Assembly: GCF_036321535.1 (NCBI RefSeq)
Contig: NC_087436.1
Location: 110,734,001 to 110,798,000, forward strand
Origin: Camelus dromedarius
Lineage: Eukaryota
Reading direction: 5' to 3'
Length of the DNA stretch: 64,000 bases
Shown piece by piece: positions 51,061-64,000 of the stretch. The translations under genes and the position numbers were made by a program. Positions within the stretch are counted from its first letter, which is position 1; each line of letters opens with the position of its first letter. The notes under the pieces were generated by a model, which had not been told where the DNA came from, ran no database searches, and saw only the letters and a list, made by a program, of their open reading frames with translations.

Positions 51061-51294
51061 TTTGAGAGTTCTCGGCAAGGGCAAGCACCACTGAGTTCCT
51101 TGGAGACCCAAATTGGATTTCTTTTTTCCCTTTTTTGTCAACTTCAGGGATCAACTTGGATAGCAATGTGGGTATTTGGGAAGCAATTTGAGCATTTGTT
51201 CAAGGGCCTAGGAAGTGTACTAACTGATCATTTATGTACTTTCTGCAAATCCCCTTCCAAGCCCCGTATCTGTTGTTGCACACATATCAGACTT

Positions 51295-51700
51295 TAATGA
51301 TTCAATTCCATCCAGTTCACTTAATATTCACTGAGTCCCTTCTATGTGTCCTATAGTAAACTAGTTTCTAGAGAAAAGGCAGCAAACTAGACAGAATTGA
51401 TTTGGACTAGTTAGCTGGCAAGGAAAACAGATTTTGAACTAGTAATTCAAATATGACACATATTACAGTAAGAGACATATCAAGCACTATGATTGCTCTA
51501 GAAGGGGACCCAGCCCACCCCTGGATGTAAAGACCTTCCTTGGGAAAGGACCCAAAGTTGGTGGCCAGGTGAAGAGGAAGAGAAGGTTTCCAGAAGAGGG
51601 AATAACATATGTGAAGAACCCTACCAGAAAGAGTGGGGTGTAGTCACAGAAGTGAAGACCATGACTTCAAAAAGCTGGAAGGAGAGGAGCAAGGGCAGGG
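51295..51700 (-). mobile_element. L2 3' end
   Basis: ttcacttaatattcactgagtcccttctatgtgtc...ccagaagaggg. Confidence 0.6.
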
Positions 51701-52559
51701 GCTGTGTCCTTGTTCATTCTGCTCCCAGCACAAGGCTTGGCCCAAGTGTTCAGTGACTGTCAGCAGCAACACCCAGAGGTGACTTAGCCCTTTTCTTCTA
51801 CCTTCCATATACCTTTTATATACAACTTTATAACAGGGCCTCTTGTATGTAGATCAATTATCTGTTTCCAGTCCATTTCCCCTTTAAACCAGTAGGTGGA
51901 TCTTATTATATTTTGTATTCCTTGGGCCCAACAAAAGGTAAGGGTTCAGCAGTGAAAGAAGATAAAAGAAGAAAAGAATGAAAGAAGAAAGGAAGAAAGA
52001 TGAAGGCAAAGAAAGCAAAACAGAAAGAAAGGACTTTAATGCATTAAGATAAGCATTATCGTGGTAGATTAATTTCTTCCCCTGGCAGCCAGAAGGGTGG
52101 AAGAAATAGGACCTTCTGGGCATGGAAGGATGAGAAGCCACCCTTTGATTCTCCACTTTTTAAGCGCCTGCTTGTATTAGTCAGCTATTGCTGCATTAAT
52201 GCCACATGACAAATCTCCCACCAGCTATTGAGCTTCATTTCTTGTTCACAGGTCTTCAGACCAGATGCCAATTGGCTGGGCCAAACTAAACTTGTAGGAT
52301 CCAGGCTCCAGGCTAAGGGTTGGAGTCAGGTGTCCTCCATGTAACTGGCTCAGTTCATCTTGGCACTTACACTCCCATGAACTCCATGGAAGCGCTCACC
52401 ATTTCATATAAAGATGATCCCCTCTTTATACCTTGGATGAAAGTCAGTTACCTAACCAGTTCTACGTCTTTTTCATAGCTCACTCTAGTATTGCACATCT
52501 GCCAGGTTGCCTCAGTCAAAATGCCCAATCTGTCATCCTGTGGCAAGGCAGAAAAACAG

Positions 52560-53250
52560 AATTGATTTTTAGGGTAGAAGATATTTGTATCTAATTTTAT
52601 GCTGAAGGGAAAGAGCCAGTAGAAAGGGAGGGGTTAATGAGTCAGGAAATAAACAGATTAATTGATGGAGCAAGAGCCTGAAATGGGAAGAGGGAAGTGG
52701 ATCAGGGGCAGAGGCGGGGGGACTGGCCTTAAGAGGAAAGGGAAGAGCTGAAGAATTACTTCCTTTCAAACAAGAGGAAGAAATTGAGGGTGAGAGTTTG
52801 CTACCAAAAAAAGGAGGCAGGGAGGTGAGGAATATATTCACAAGGCCTCTACTCTTTCTGTGCAGTTTATTATCAGAAACAGAGGGAGGAGATGGTGAGG
52901 AAGAGGACCTCAGGAAGAGCAGCAGAGTTGGAAAAGCTTCCCTGGGAACAGAAGAAAGCACTGATGAAAGAGATATAATAGAAGTGTGTGCCAAGCAGAG
53001 TTAGGGCCCAGATGAAGATGGAGATGAGGACTCTGTTGGGGTCTTCATCTCTACCACCTTGTGACTGATATTTCTCCAAAGGGCTCAGCCACCAGAGTGT
53101 AACAGCAGAAAAACTGACGGTTGATTGGATCCAAGGTTGGATGTCTGCTGATCAAGTCAAGGTGCCAAAAGAGCAGAAGATATTGAAAGAGAGGGGGCTA
53201 GTTGACCAGTCCTGGAGTGCAGGGTGAGTGGAGAGGGAACTGAGATGTGC
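52560..53250 (-). mobile_element. L2 internal fragment
   Basis: tgctgaagggaaagagccagtagaaagggag...gatggagcaagagcc purine-rich antisense L2. Confidence 0.6.
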
Positions 53251-54135
53251 AAAGCAGTGAAAGGAAAGTCAAATCATTTAGGACTATGAGCTAAGGCTCA
53301 TAGCCAATCCATCTCTTAGTTACAGGAATCAATAAATCCACACAGTATGTTTCTTGAGTATGTTTCAGTGGACACAAATAACAGTTTTCCCACTCAAGGA
53401 GCTTACAGCCTAGCTGGGGAAATAAGATTAACATATAAATCAATGTATGTCTCACACAAAAACACCTAGCTGTATTTCAAAAATTTCCAGTATTTTAATG
53501 TGAGCTAGAGCACGGCAGTCAGGGCAGTGCATCCTCCTGTCCTAACACAGAGCCAGGACTGGCTGCCTGACTTCTTTCTCTGAGGGAGGAACTCTTACCC
53601 AGGTAGCACCAGATGACAAGGTCCTTGCTGGCAGACAGGACAGGATGTATATATAGACAAGATATATAGGCTAGCATAGTCTTTTGTCCCCGGTATCCGG
53701 CATAGACACATGGGGGTGCAATGAATGTCTGGATGAATGAATAGCTAAGAACCATGAAACCGACAAAAGGAATCATGGGAGCTGAGCTCAGTCAACTAAA
53801 GAAAGGGTTAAATGGGCAAGTCAGGGTGCGCCTGGGTAAACACCTGTGACTGGAGCTGTATTCTACCATCTGCTTCACAATATGGGTGAGCTGGCTTCAC
53901 TTAAAGGGCCAGGAATGGAGAAGACGACATTGCCATAGGCCCCACTGTGTGCTGAGTACTCTGAGGATATGGAGGAAAGAAACTTAGCTTTCAGCTGTTT
54001 AGTTTACGCTCTAGTTGAGGAAATACGAGGCACATAAACCCATGAGACTGGCAGAGAACCACATAAAACAGTTTGTGATGTCATGCTAGAACTGACTATA
54101 TCCACTGCAGTTTGAATTACTCCCAAATTAAATTA

Positions 54136-54147
54136 AGAGAGAGAGAG

Positions 54148-54183
<36 letters not shown>
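54136..54183. repeat. (AG)n(TG)n compound microsatellite
   Basis: Seen directly. Confidence 0.95.
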
Positions 54184-56849
54184 CATGTGTAAACATTAGG
54201 TAGAGAAGATAATGGTTGTTATGGAGCTAATTTTAGCTGTATCCACGCAGTATATATTATTTGCTTGGTGCAATCAACATGAACTTCTTCATCAAAAGAA
54301 GAGCTTTTTCAACATTCTCAAGAGGGCATTCGCCACAGATTCTATTCACCAAGTCTGGCATTAGACAAAATAACCTATTTCAAAAATCTTCAAAGATGAT
54401 TTGGATATTCATCAAACAGGGAGAAGAATAATTTAAACAATTTGAAAATGGAGACAGCAATGAATAAAGAGAAACTGACTTTTTTGTACCCAGGTGAACT
54501 GCTTAATACAATTGGTCTACAATAGGGGGATAATTAAGCAAATCGGGAGATAAAACAACATTGAATAACCCAAAAAAGGCATGTAGAACTTCATGAAAAT
54601 ACACATATGAATGAAAAAAGAGCATTAAAGACTGTCCTTATTGAAAATAACTGAGTAAAAATAAAATGCATTGATGCAGAGCAAGGAGAACATCCAAATT
54701 ATTTCAGATTATGGGATTTGTCTACAAAGCTATCAAGTATGGAGTCAAGATTTAATTATCTATAAAATATTTTTGAAAAAACAAAATTTACTACCTTGTG
54801 TTATGCAGATACATTTTTTTAAACAAAATGCTCACAAGCAACTAAACAGTAGTAATGTGATGAGTAATTACTGTCCCTCAATGTTTTGATCATTATTTAT
54901 TCATCATGTTATGGTGGGTGTGACTATTTTCTCCAGGGAGCATCTACATCAGAAGGATGAATGCAAATTCCAGGAGCCTCTGTCACTTAAAATATAAACA
55001 AAGTAGTGGGGTTATTTTGGACGAAAGAGGCGCTTGATACAATTTTACCACAATTTGAGTAGAGTTGCATTAGGAACATTCACTGTGCATTTCAGTGAAA
55101 TGGATGGAATACGGTGACAATGGTTAAACAAACCATCACCCAGGGGATAGCTTTGTGAATGAATATAATGATGTCAGGAGGAAATATCCACGAGGATGTG
55201 TTAATTCCTCCTTAGGTAAGACTCAGCTACCAAGAGAAAGGATTTGTCTTCTGTAACTACATTTACATGAACAATACAGAGTCTCTATTATTAACCATAT
55301 GGAACAGGCAAAATATTATTAAATTCTAGTACTGAAAGGATGAGGGTGGTGGAGAATAACGGGTAGGAAAGAGGAACTTAGGTCAAAAACTACCTCACTG
55401 TTTAAAGCATAAATTAAGTAAATCCATAAACGCACTTTTTAAAAATACCTCTTATAGATATAAAGCACTTTTGAAATTATTTCTTGTTGCTTTATTTATT
55501 TAACTTCTCAGCAACCCTTAACCATGGAAATTATTCTTCTCCTAATTTTACAGGTGAAAAAAGAATTATTGAAACTCACATATATGGTGTTTTCCAGTTT
55601 CCAAAGTGATTTCACAAATATAATTTAATTCTTGAAAGAATTAGCCACATTTAATAGAGAAGAAAATTAATCCTAGAAAGTTAAGTGAATCATCAAAGAT
55701 CTCATGACTTGTAAGTGTCAGATCAGGATTCAGACACCTCTCTTCTGACTCTTGAATGGTTATTCAGATCTGTTTTACTCAGTTTATGGGGAACGAGGCT
55801 GCGTCTGCACAAGGCATGGTCGATGTCACCATTAGAGACTTAGTCTGATCTTTGTGCTACTCACACCCACTAATATTCACCTTATGAGAACTTACTATCC
55901 ATGAGGTATATTCCATCACTTTCTCAGCTCGGGGGGCATTTCAAATGTGTTATGAACAGTCTCCCTGTGGGCAGGAGCAAAGATCTTAGACTAACACTTT
56001 ACAAAGTGTTCAAACACCCTACTTGCTAATCTAGAAGTTTCCAGGAAACTGGATGGAAGAGGGGGCATTCCCATATGATGAGTCATTCAAGGCTAAGGCA
56101 GAATCTCAGGGTACAGATGACCCTTTCACTACAAGCTGAGCCCCAACATCTGGTAGCTGGTCCAAACCAGGCAGCAGCCAGAGAACAACTTCACCCTGGC
56201 TCGCCTCCCATACAGCTCCTGGCACTGGCAAGTGATGGAACTAGCTCTAGGGGACTTCACAGCTTCTCTCTCCTAGCTGTCAAGCTCTAGAGTTCCTTCC
56301 TATCATATTTTCTTTTCCAGCCTATGGTACTATGGTGTAATTAATCTATATAATTAATCTAGCTCTTGAAAAGGAAAAACTGGCTCATCAAAAATACACT
56401 GGAATTCTTCTTAACACTAAGTCACTTAATCATGTCACCTAATTGTAGATTTATTTCAACATTTGTTAGTCAGTAAAATGACTCCTGGAAGAACAAAGCC
56501 TCTAGAATATCAAAAATATATGCGTATATACATATATATATAATACATATATACATATGTATAACTATATATATAGAGAGAGAAGCATAGGAAAGAGAGA
56601 CACAGTTTAATACCTTAATAAATTATAAATTATCAGCCATATTATTTTGCTTTATCCAGGTTTTTCCCAGTCTATACCTCTTGTCTCTCAAGCAACAATG
56701 GAGAATGCATTCTTACCACATTAAGCACATAATCACCTCTAAAGCAACTACTAATTTTATTAGATTTAATGATAGCTGATTCAATCCAAAGCAAACATAC
56801 CTGATTGTCAGATGGGACCCATCTCGCCTTGACAGTCACTGTTGCCTAC

Positions 56850-57157
56850 ACACACCCAGGGATAAAGTCTGCAAGCTGGCTAAGAAACTTCATGATATCA
56901 CACGTAAAGGCAGAATGTTTAAAGTCATGATATCCCAAGAAGGTAGGGCAAGACTGTACTCCAGTCTTTTGTTCTATTCCAGACTTCATCTGACTGGATG
57001 AAGACTATCTGCATTATGAAGGACAATCTGCTTTACTGAAATTCCATAGACTTGAATGAAAATATCATCCAAAAACACAGAAACATCCAGAATAATTCTG
57101 ACAAATATCTGGGCACCACAGCCTAATCAAGTTGACACACAAAATTAACCATCACAA
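56850..57157 (-). mobile_element. MLT2 (ERVL) LTR fragment
   Basis: aatctgctttact...aatatctgggcacc...caagttgacacacaaaattaaccatcaca. Confidence 0.8.
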
Positions 57158-57960
57158 ATGCAAAATTGTCACTTTAAACTCCTGAAACCCTGTATAGTAA
57201 GAGAATGATGTTTTTAACTCTAAATATAGATACAGAAAGTCCTAGCCCTCAACATTATGTTAGTGGTTCTTGGGAAACTGTGGGTATCCTTGCCCGTATT
57301 TAAGAAGCAGAGCTCAGGCTATGGCAAGTAGACATACAGAGCTGGCCTCCCTTACCTCATACCTCTTACCTCATTACCTTAAACTAGGGGGAAGGAGCTG
57401 CACTGTGCTTGGCCCAGCACAGCCTGGACCCAGTGGTTAGCATATCACACATGGGGATGCGGAGGAGCTCTTTAACATGGAATGCCTAGTTTTAGAAAAT
57501 GTAATGATGCTCTTACTGTCTTGGGGGTTGACGTGGCCAGATTACACTCCTAAAAGAGGGGAAGGGGTTTCCCCTGATCAGAATGCATATCTCCATATCC
57601 ATTATCCTTTAAAGAGATAAATCCTAGAGCAGCAATGGGACAGGCATTAGGTAGATATGAAATGCGGGGGTAGAGGGGTTATAAAGGTGAGGCTGCTGTT
57701 ACTCATTGTGGATTAAATTCTAAGGACCAGAGAGATGAGATACCCCCAGGGTAGAGGATGAAAGGGCCACTAGCGCAGGCTGCAGGTCTGGGTTAGGTAC
57801 AAAGCCTACCTGGTAAAGAATTCTAAGCTCAGGGTTGGGCCTGTGGGTGCTGCTTCCAGTGGTGGCATAGCTTGTATTCTATTTCTAGTAACTCCAGGCG
57901 TTCAGCTAGACATGGGGAAACGGATAGTCTATGAATGCTCCAGAAGGAGGAGCTAAGGGA

Positions 57961-58280
57961 ATGATCAGACAAGGCAAAGTGAAAGTGGTCATCTTCGCCA
58001 ACAACTGCCCCACCGGGAGGAAATCTAAAGTAGAGCAGTACCATGCCATGTTGGCCAACACTGGTGTCCATCACCACAGTGACAACAGCACTGAATGGGG
58101 CACAGGGTGTGGGAAAAACTAGAGTGTGCATACTAGCTATCATCGACCCAGGGGTTCTGATATCATTAGAAGCAGGTTAGAACAGACTGGGAAAAAGTAC
58201 ATCATGCAAAATTTTTCTTTAACAAGATTGGCCAGAGCTTGTTTGTTTGTTTGTTTGTTTGTTTATCTGTTTAAAAAAAA
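57961..58280 (+). pseudogene. RPL30: Processed pseudogene of 60S ribosomal protein L30 (eL30), disabled and probably 5'-truncated
   Basis: [52 protein letters not shown] then RVCILAIIDPG/SDIIRSRLEQTGKK match RPL30 ([79 protein letters not shown]); no introns, frameshifts, lost stop, 3' UTR remnant and A8 tail. Confidence 0.95.
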
Positions 58281-58529
58281 GATAGGTGCATTCCTTTGTC
58301 TCCAGGAGTGGAGTGGGGGTGTCAGCAACAGTGACCAAGCAGGAAAGTGATCTCTAAGGGGTCACCAGTCATAGAGGCAGCAATGTAGTAATTAAACAAT
58401 TTGGCCAGTATGAGCTTGAGGCCCTAGCTGTGGAACATTCATGAACAGGGCCCTCAGGAAACTCTAGATAGACAAATACTTTGAAGGTGGATGATGTAGG
58501 GGAAGATCATACCACATTAAAATTCTAAA

Positions 58530-59690
58530 CATTATGGAGAATTAGATGCCCAGAAAATAACACCCAGGAGAGGACCCTCAAAGTCACAAAATAATCTAGA
58601 AAATGTCTCATAAAGAACAGCTGAAACACTAGGGGCAAAAAAATACTTCAGGCTGTAAAGGACAAGCAAACGCAAATTCACAGAGACAGGAAGCATTTTC
58701 CCATGGGAAGCATTTAATATTCTAAACCCTGAGCATTCATAGGCCACACGAGGCATCCAGGAGAAGGGTACTGCCCAACCCAGAAAATGCATGGTGAAAA
58801 CAGACTCCCACAGAAGGTGAAGACCCTGAAAAAAGGAAAACTTATATTCAGTTTTTCCTATATTCTACAATGAGTAAGGATAATACCTAAAGTAACCTCA
58901 GCTTTAAATAGAAAGAAAATAAGTGGAAATTCCTAACCAAAACCCCACACTCAGAGGGGTTTAGGGCCAGACTTTACACTTTTGCATGAACAGGAAAAAG
59001 CCCAAACCGAAAAAAAAAAAAAAAAAAAAAAGCATTTCCTAGGTTTTGCTTCATCAGGGGTCTGGAAGAAACAGACCCAAATCTTCTCTGAAGAACATAC
59101 TCTAAGCCCAGGATTCAAATAATTCCCATTGACAAGTTCCAATGAATACAAACTTATATTAGAAGTGACAATGAGGAAACAAGCCATTGTGAGTGTGACT
59201 AGTCAGCAGAAGCCGCAGACAGCAGAATCAGACCTGAAAAAGCAAAGATATTGGAGATAAAAAACCAGAATATAAAAAAATAGTTCAAATAATAAAAGAG
59301 TATCAAAAGTCCAAAAAAAAAGGGGATCAGAATATTATTTAAAGATATCAGGAAGAGTTGGAAAAGACAGAAAAGTAGACCTGCTAGAAATGAAAAATAT
59401 GGTCATTAAAAATAGGAATTCAGCAGACACAGTAAACAGCAGTTTAGACATAACAGAAGACAGAAATAGTGAACTGAAAGATGAAGAGGAATTATCAGAA
59501 TACAGCACACAGAGAGAGGATAGCAAATACGAAGAAAAATAGGAAGATACTGAGAATAAAACGATGAAGTCTGCAAACACCTAATCGGACTTTCAGAAAG
59601 AAACAATACAGAGAATGGGAAAGAAAAAATATTTTAAAAGAAAATAACAGAATTTTTCTGAATTGATCTCTAAGGCTCAAGTCCATCCTC
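58530..59690 (+). mobile_element. Ancient L1M/HAL1-type 5' UTR-ORF1 remnant
   Basis: aaacagcagtttagacataacagaagacagaaatagtgaactgaaagat; gaatttttctgaattgat. Confidence 0.65.
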
Positions 59691-60565
59691 TCTGTTAAGG
59701 ATTAGTCCAAGATTAGGCACCACAGTGCCAGTAGCTCATTTCCTCTGGGATGCTGAGCAGTTGGGAGGTGGGAGGGGCAAATACACCGCTAATGGAGGAA
59801 AAGTGGGAAGAAGATTCACAAGGCTAAGCCATATGCAGCACAATTAAACTCCCCTGGAAAGCAGGCATCAAAAATTCAGAAAATCTATCGTCCAGTGGTG
59901 CTAAGGGAGAAAGACAAGTGCAGCTCATGTTAGAACGCTCTAGATAAAGTTAGATAACCCATTCTCCTACTCCCAGTCTGAGAACTGTACGAAGGAGGAA
60001 GAGAGATGGTTTCCTCAAGCTGATGTAGACAATACTCAGTCACTATATTATTAATCTTGATTTAGGGTAATTCAAAAGTCCTAAGGGGGAAAAATACAGA
60101 AAAATAGCATGTAGATTGGCATAAGTGAATTTTCAGATACTTAAAGTGTATTCCATCAGGTAACGTAATTTTTCAAAATATAACCCTAGGAGCAGTGTTT
60201 CAGTTGGGACGACTTCCACAGCAAATAAAAAAAAATGCAACTCAGACTAGCTTAAACATCAAGGAAATGGATTGGCTCAACTGAAAGTCAATTTGAAAGG
60301 TGCTTAAATCCATGTGTCAGCCTCATCCTCAAGCTGGAGGTGAGATGCTACAGAAGTTCTGGACTTTCTATGCAACAGCGGTCAGGGGAAGGGAAAGAGT
60401 TAATACCTTTGAATCACAAAATCAGAAAGGCATCAAACATTTGGAAGGGAGACCAAACTTGGAATAAGCTTTCTCTTTCTACTTGCAGTATCTCCAAAAA
60501 GGCAAAATGTATGTACAAGTATCTCTGAAACTCTGGAGAAGGGCAATGGTTAAAATTCTCTGACA

Positions 60566-60706
60566 GTTGGGAATGATGAAAAAGTTCTGGAGACAAATAA
60601 TGTTAAGTGTTGCAGAGCAATGTGAATGTGCTCAATGCCATTAACTGCACACTTAAAAGTGGCTAAAATGGTAAATTTCATGTTACGTATATCTTACCAC
60701 CATAAA
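60566..60706 (+). mobile_element. Short L1MB-type 3' end
   Basis: gatgaaaaagttctggaga...aaaatggtaaatttcatgtta; 14-bp TSD aaaattctctgaca (60552-60565) / aaaattctctggca (60707-60720). Confidence 0.88.
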
Positions 60707-60869
60707 AAAATTCTCTGGCAAGTAACAAATAACAAATAGGAATCAATTATATGGTATTCATGTTTATCGACTAAATATATACAAAATTACATTCGCAGTC
60801 TCTTTATATGGCTGTCTGGATTTATTGCTTTATTTTAGGAAACGTAAATAAAGACTTTTATCAGTTACA

Positions 60870-61100
60870 AATAATAATAATACCATTTGGGGAATTTTAA
60901 ACTACATGCTACATATTTTGTTAAGTGCTTTACATCCATTATCTCATTAAATCTTTATAAAACCCCATGTCATAGCACTGCCTTTATCCTCAATTTGTTG
61001 ATGGGGAAGCTGATTTACAGAGAGGTTAAGCAGAGCTAATAAGTAGTAACTGAGATTTGACTGAGGCCCAGGTAATTCTGTTCCCAATTTTAACCACTAT
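60870..61100 (-). mobile_element. MIR
   Basis: ttaagtgctttacatccattatctcattaaatc...cagagaggttaag. Confidence 0.75.
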
Positions 61101-61849
61101 ATCAAACCAATTCCTCACACCTATAAATTTCTCAACTGTTATATTCTTCTACTGCTTAGACTTTCAAAGTATAAGCTGTGAAGCTGATAAAGAAGAACTT
61201 TTGATGGGGTGAAAGCTAATTTTTATGCTAAACCAAAAAATATTTATTAATAGATTAATGTCAGTCTGGCTAAAGGACACTAGAGTAGAGCTCAATCGTG
61301 GAATCCACCCTCTCCAACAGGGCAAAGGCTTTGAAAGTATTTACTAATCATCCAAGTTAGAATCCTGAAAGCCATGCTGGAGTGGAACAACTCCCTCGGT
61401 ACTCACACTCGATTAACCTGTAAGTGCCGCCATGTTTTCCTTTTAAAATTTCAAATACACATCATCCTACGTATTCCTAGACTTCTCATCGTTTTCTGCC
61501 TGTTCTATGACAGTCTCATAACTGGACTCAGTCCTGTCTCTCTTGGCCCCCTCAAATCTGTCCTCTGCCACTAAGATCACCTACTTGCTGAATGAATGAA
61601 TGAGTGAATGAGTGGATGATGAAGATATGAACTAGCATACTAATGGCAGTGATGGATAGAAGAAATATTTTGGAGGTTTAGATAGGCTAAAGGGTTTAAG
61701 TTCATCCTAAGAGCAGCAGACAACGAATAAAGAGTTTAAAGGAGGAAAGTGGCAGGATCATATTTACATTTTAAGAAGGTATTTTTGTATTAAGTAATCT
61801 CATGGAAGAACAAGGTATGTCTTTCCATTTGTTCAGCCCTGATTTTAAA

Positions 61850-62035
61850 TATTGGCTCCAATTGCAAGCTGGACAAATTTGGACAAGTTATTTAATGTCT
61901 CTGTGTCTCAGTTACCTCATCCATGAAATGAGGATAATAAGAATAACCTTCTAGGGTTTCTGGGAAGGTTAAATGAGTTAATAGATGTAAAGGACTCAGC
62001 GTAGTGATAAAAATAAAGTAAGTGCTTAACTATTT
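61850..62035 (+). mobile_element. MIR
   Basis: ggacaagttatttaatgtctctgtgtctcagttacctcatccatgaaatgaggataataa. Confidence 0.8.
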
Positions 62036-62421
62036 TTCAAAAACTCCAATAAGAATTTTGGTGGGGTTTTTTTCCCAAATAAATGCTGACCTTTTTATAC
62101 AATTTATTCTTAATTTTCTATAGATTTTATTACTACTAAAGATAAGATATTTCCCCATTCTCTGTTCTAGTTGCTTATTACTAGGCCAATGAAAACCAAT
62201 TATGTTATGTTTTAATCTTATATTCAGGCAAATTACCATATTCTCTTACTATGTAAAATATTGTTAGGAGATCCATAGAGTTTTTTAGATAAACAAACTA
62301 AACATCAGCAAATGGAGAGAGCTTTGTCTCCTTTTTACCTATATTTAAATCACTTAATTCCTTTTCATTTTCATAGTGCATTCTCTATAACATTTAAGAA
62401 AATATTTAATAAGAACGGCAA

Positions 62422-62915
62422 GGTTTCCCACTTATACCCGTGAATAGTGCAGACACCAGAGTCGTCATCATGCTTTAAAGAACTACACAACTACAACAAA
62501 ATACAGGAAAGAACTGTTTTCGGTAAATAGACAATAAACATGGCAGGACCATCATCACTGAGAGAAGGGAAAGAGAGGAAGACAGCCCAATGACAAACAG
62601 ACACGAAGCTCAAAAACAGAGTGCTAGCGACCAAAGTGCGACACTAAACAGTACACAGCATATGTGCTCTAGAAACCTAATCTACGACGACAGAGAGCAG
62701 ATCAGTGGTGATTTGAGGCCACAAACGTGAAGATGGGAGCTGGCTGGAAGGGAACACAAGGGAATCTTTTGAGTTGAAGGAAATACTCTATATTTTGATT
62801 GTGGTGATGGTTACCCAAATGTACATATTTGTCAAAATTCATCTATCTTTGGACTTAAAAATGGGTACAATTTTTTTCATGTACATTACACATCAGAAAA
62901 GTTTATTTGGAAACA
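62422..62915 (+). mobile_element. Old L1 piece: 5'-UTR-like segment joined to an L1MC/MD-type 3' end
   Basis: aactgttttc...ggcaggaccatcatcactgagagaagggaaa resembles an L1M 5' end; cagagagcagatcagtggtg...atatttgtcaaaattcat...aaagtttattt resembles a 3' end. Confidence 0.6.
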
Positions 62916-63017
62916 TGAGAATGGTGAAACGAAGAATAAGCATTCTCTCCCAGTAATTTATTTTTTCACAAGAAATTGTCTATGTTCTCTAGATTTTCAT
63001 TTTCTTGTCATAGGACT

Positions 63018-63461
63018 ATATCTGAAATCGGGCTTCTTTGAAACAGACTCTGAAATGGAGATTTGTGTAAAGGGGGCTTCCTGGGATGTGTGCTCGGGAA
63101 AAGCACCCATAAGGAAGCATGGGAGGTGTGACTGAGCAGAGGAAGCAGTTGAACTATGAAGCAACAGCCGCAGTGGCTATCCCACTGGGAGCTAAGGTCC
63201 TACAGAGCTGTCCCAAAATGAGACAAGAGGATACTGATTTCATATTTCTGTTATCAGCCAGTTTTGAGATGTAAGCTGTTACCAATACATACTGGGCCAT
63301 GTACGCTGGATGGGAACTTGGACAAGACAGTGCCCTAAGCTAAAAGCAATTCCTGGCGAGGGATACAGCCATGAACCATCAGCCACCAACATTGCCCACA
63401 ATGAGATGAGTCTTCCAGTCCTGAAGAGGATACCTGGGCAACACACCACAGTGCCCACTAG
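63018..63461 (-). mobile_element. LTR16C-like ERVL LTR within an antisense L1ME
   Basis: gaaacagactctgaaatggagatttgtgt...cagagctgtcccaaaatgagacaagagg...gcaattcctgg. Confidence 0.75.
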
Positions 63462-64000
63462 AGGTTGTGTGCAGTATTCACAGATGGTTCTCTTCACCTC
63501 TCTCATCTTTGCGTGTATCTCCTTTCTCTTTAATATTTGATCTCTCCTTTCCCCCAGACTTAATGTGGGTTCATCTATTTTTAGTGGACATTTTAGCAAT
63601 CAGCTCTTGCATTGATTCATTATTTCTACTATGTTTATTTTTATTTTATTTAATTCAACTTTTACCTTGATTAATTCCTTCTTCCTAGTTAATTTTTGTT
63701 TTGTATTCTATTAATTTCTTAAAATAAGTATCCATATTTTTTCTTTCTTCTTTAACGGTGAAGACATATTAGAGGCATTAAAACTCCAAAATGTTCTCTG
63801 TATATATAGCTCCATGTCCCATAGGTTTTGCTACTAAGTATTTTTTATAGTTTATAACCCTCTTAAAATCCTTTTTCTTCCAAGTTTATGTAGTGGAGTT
63901 TTTCATAATTTCCAAAAAGATAATATTTTTGTCACCTGTTTATTATTTATTTTAATTTGTATTGAATTTATCAGAAAATACACCTTATGAAGTTTCTAGT

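Noticed and set aside
52569..52994. 141-aa Ser/Pro/Leu-rich ORF, the longest in the track
   Set aside because: Read from a pyrimidine-rich L2 remnant; low complexity
1..64000. L1 orientation bias as evidence for a host-gene intron
   Set aside because: Antisense fragments outnumber sense ones only modestly and counts are too small to infer a transcription unit

Overview
Mammalian non-coding genomic DNA, almost certainly camelid (camel/alpaca/llama), because it carries two tRNA-Ala-derived Vic-1-type SINEs and lineage-type L1 3' ends. I found no intact protein-coding exon, true RNA gene or CRISPR-like array. The window is dominated by layered transposable elements: L1 of several ages, L2, MIR, MaLR/ERVL/ERV1 solo LTRs and hAT MITEs, plus microsatellites. 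The only recognisable gene-derived sequence is a disabled RPL30 processed pseudogene (57961-58280). The most notable structures are a twin-primed (5'-inverted) L1 split by a nested L1, a tail-less internal L1 ORF2 fragment inserted at microhomology, a possible 5'UTR-to-3'end fused mini-L1, a 70-bp fold-back palindrome, microsatellites born repeatedly at one homologous L1 site, a MER41-like LTR with altered STAT sites, and several candidate enhancers (RFX cluster, STAT/AP-1/NF-kB cluster, HRE plus G4). I cannot support a novel gene-level system. Repeat subfamily names come from recalled consensus similarity, not a database search, and boundaries without TSDs are approximate.
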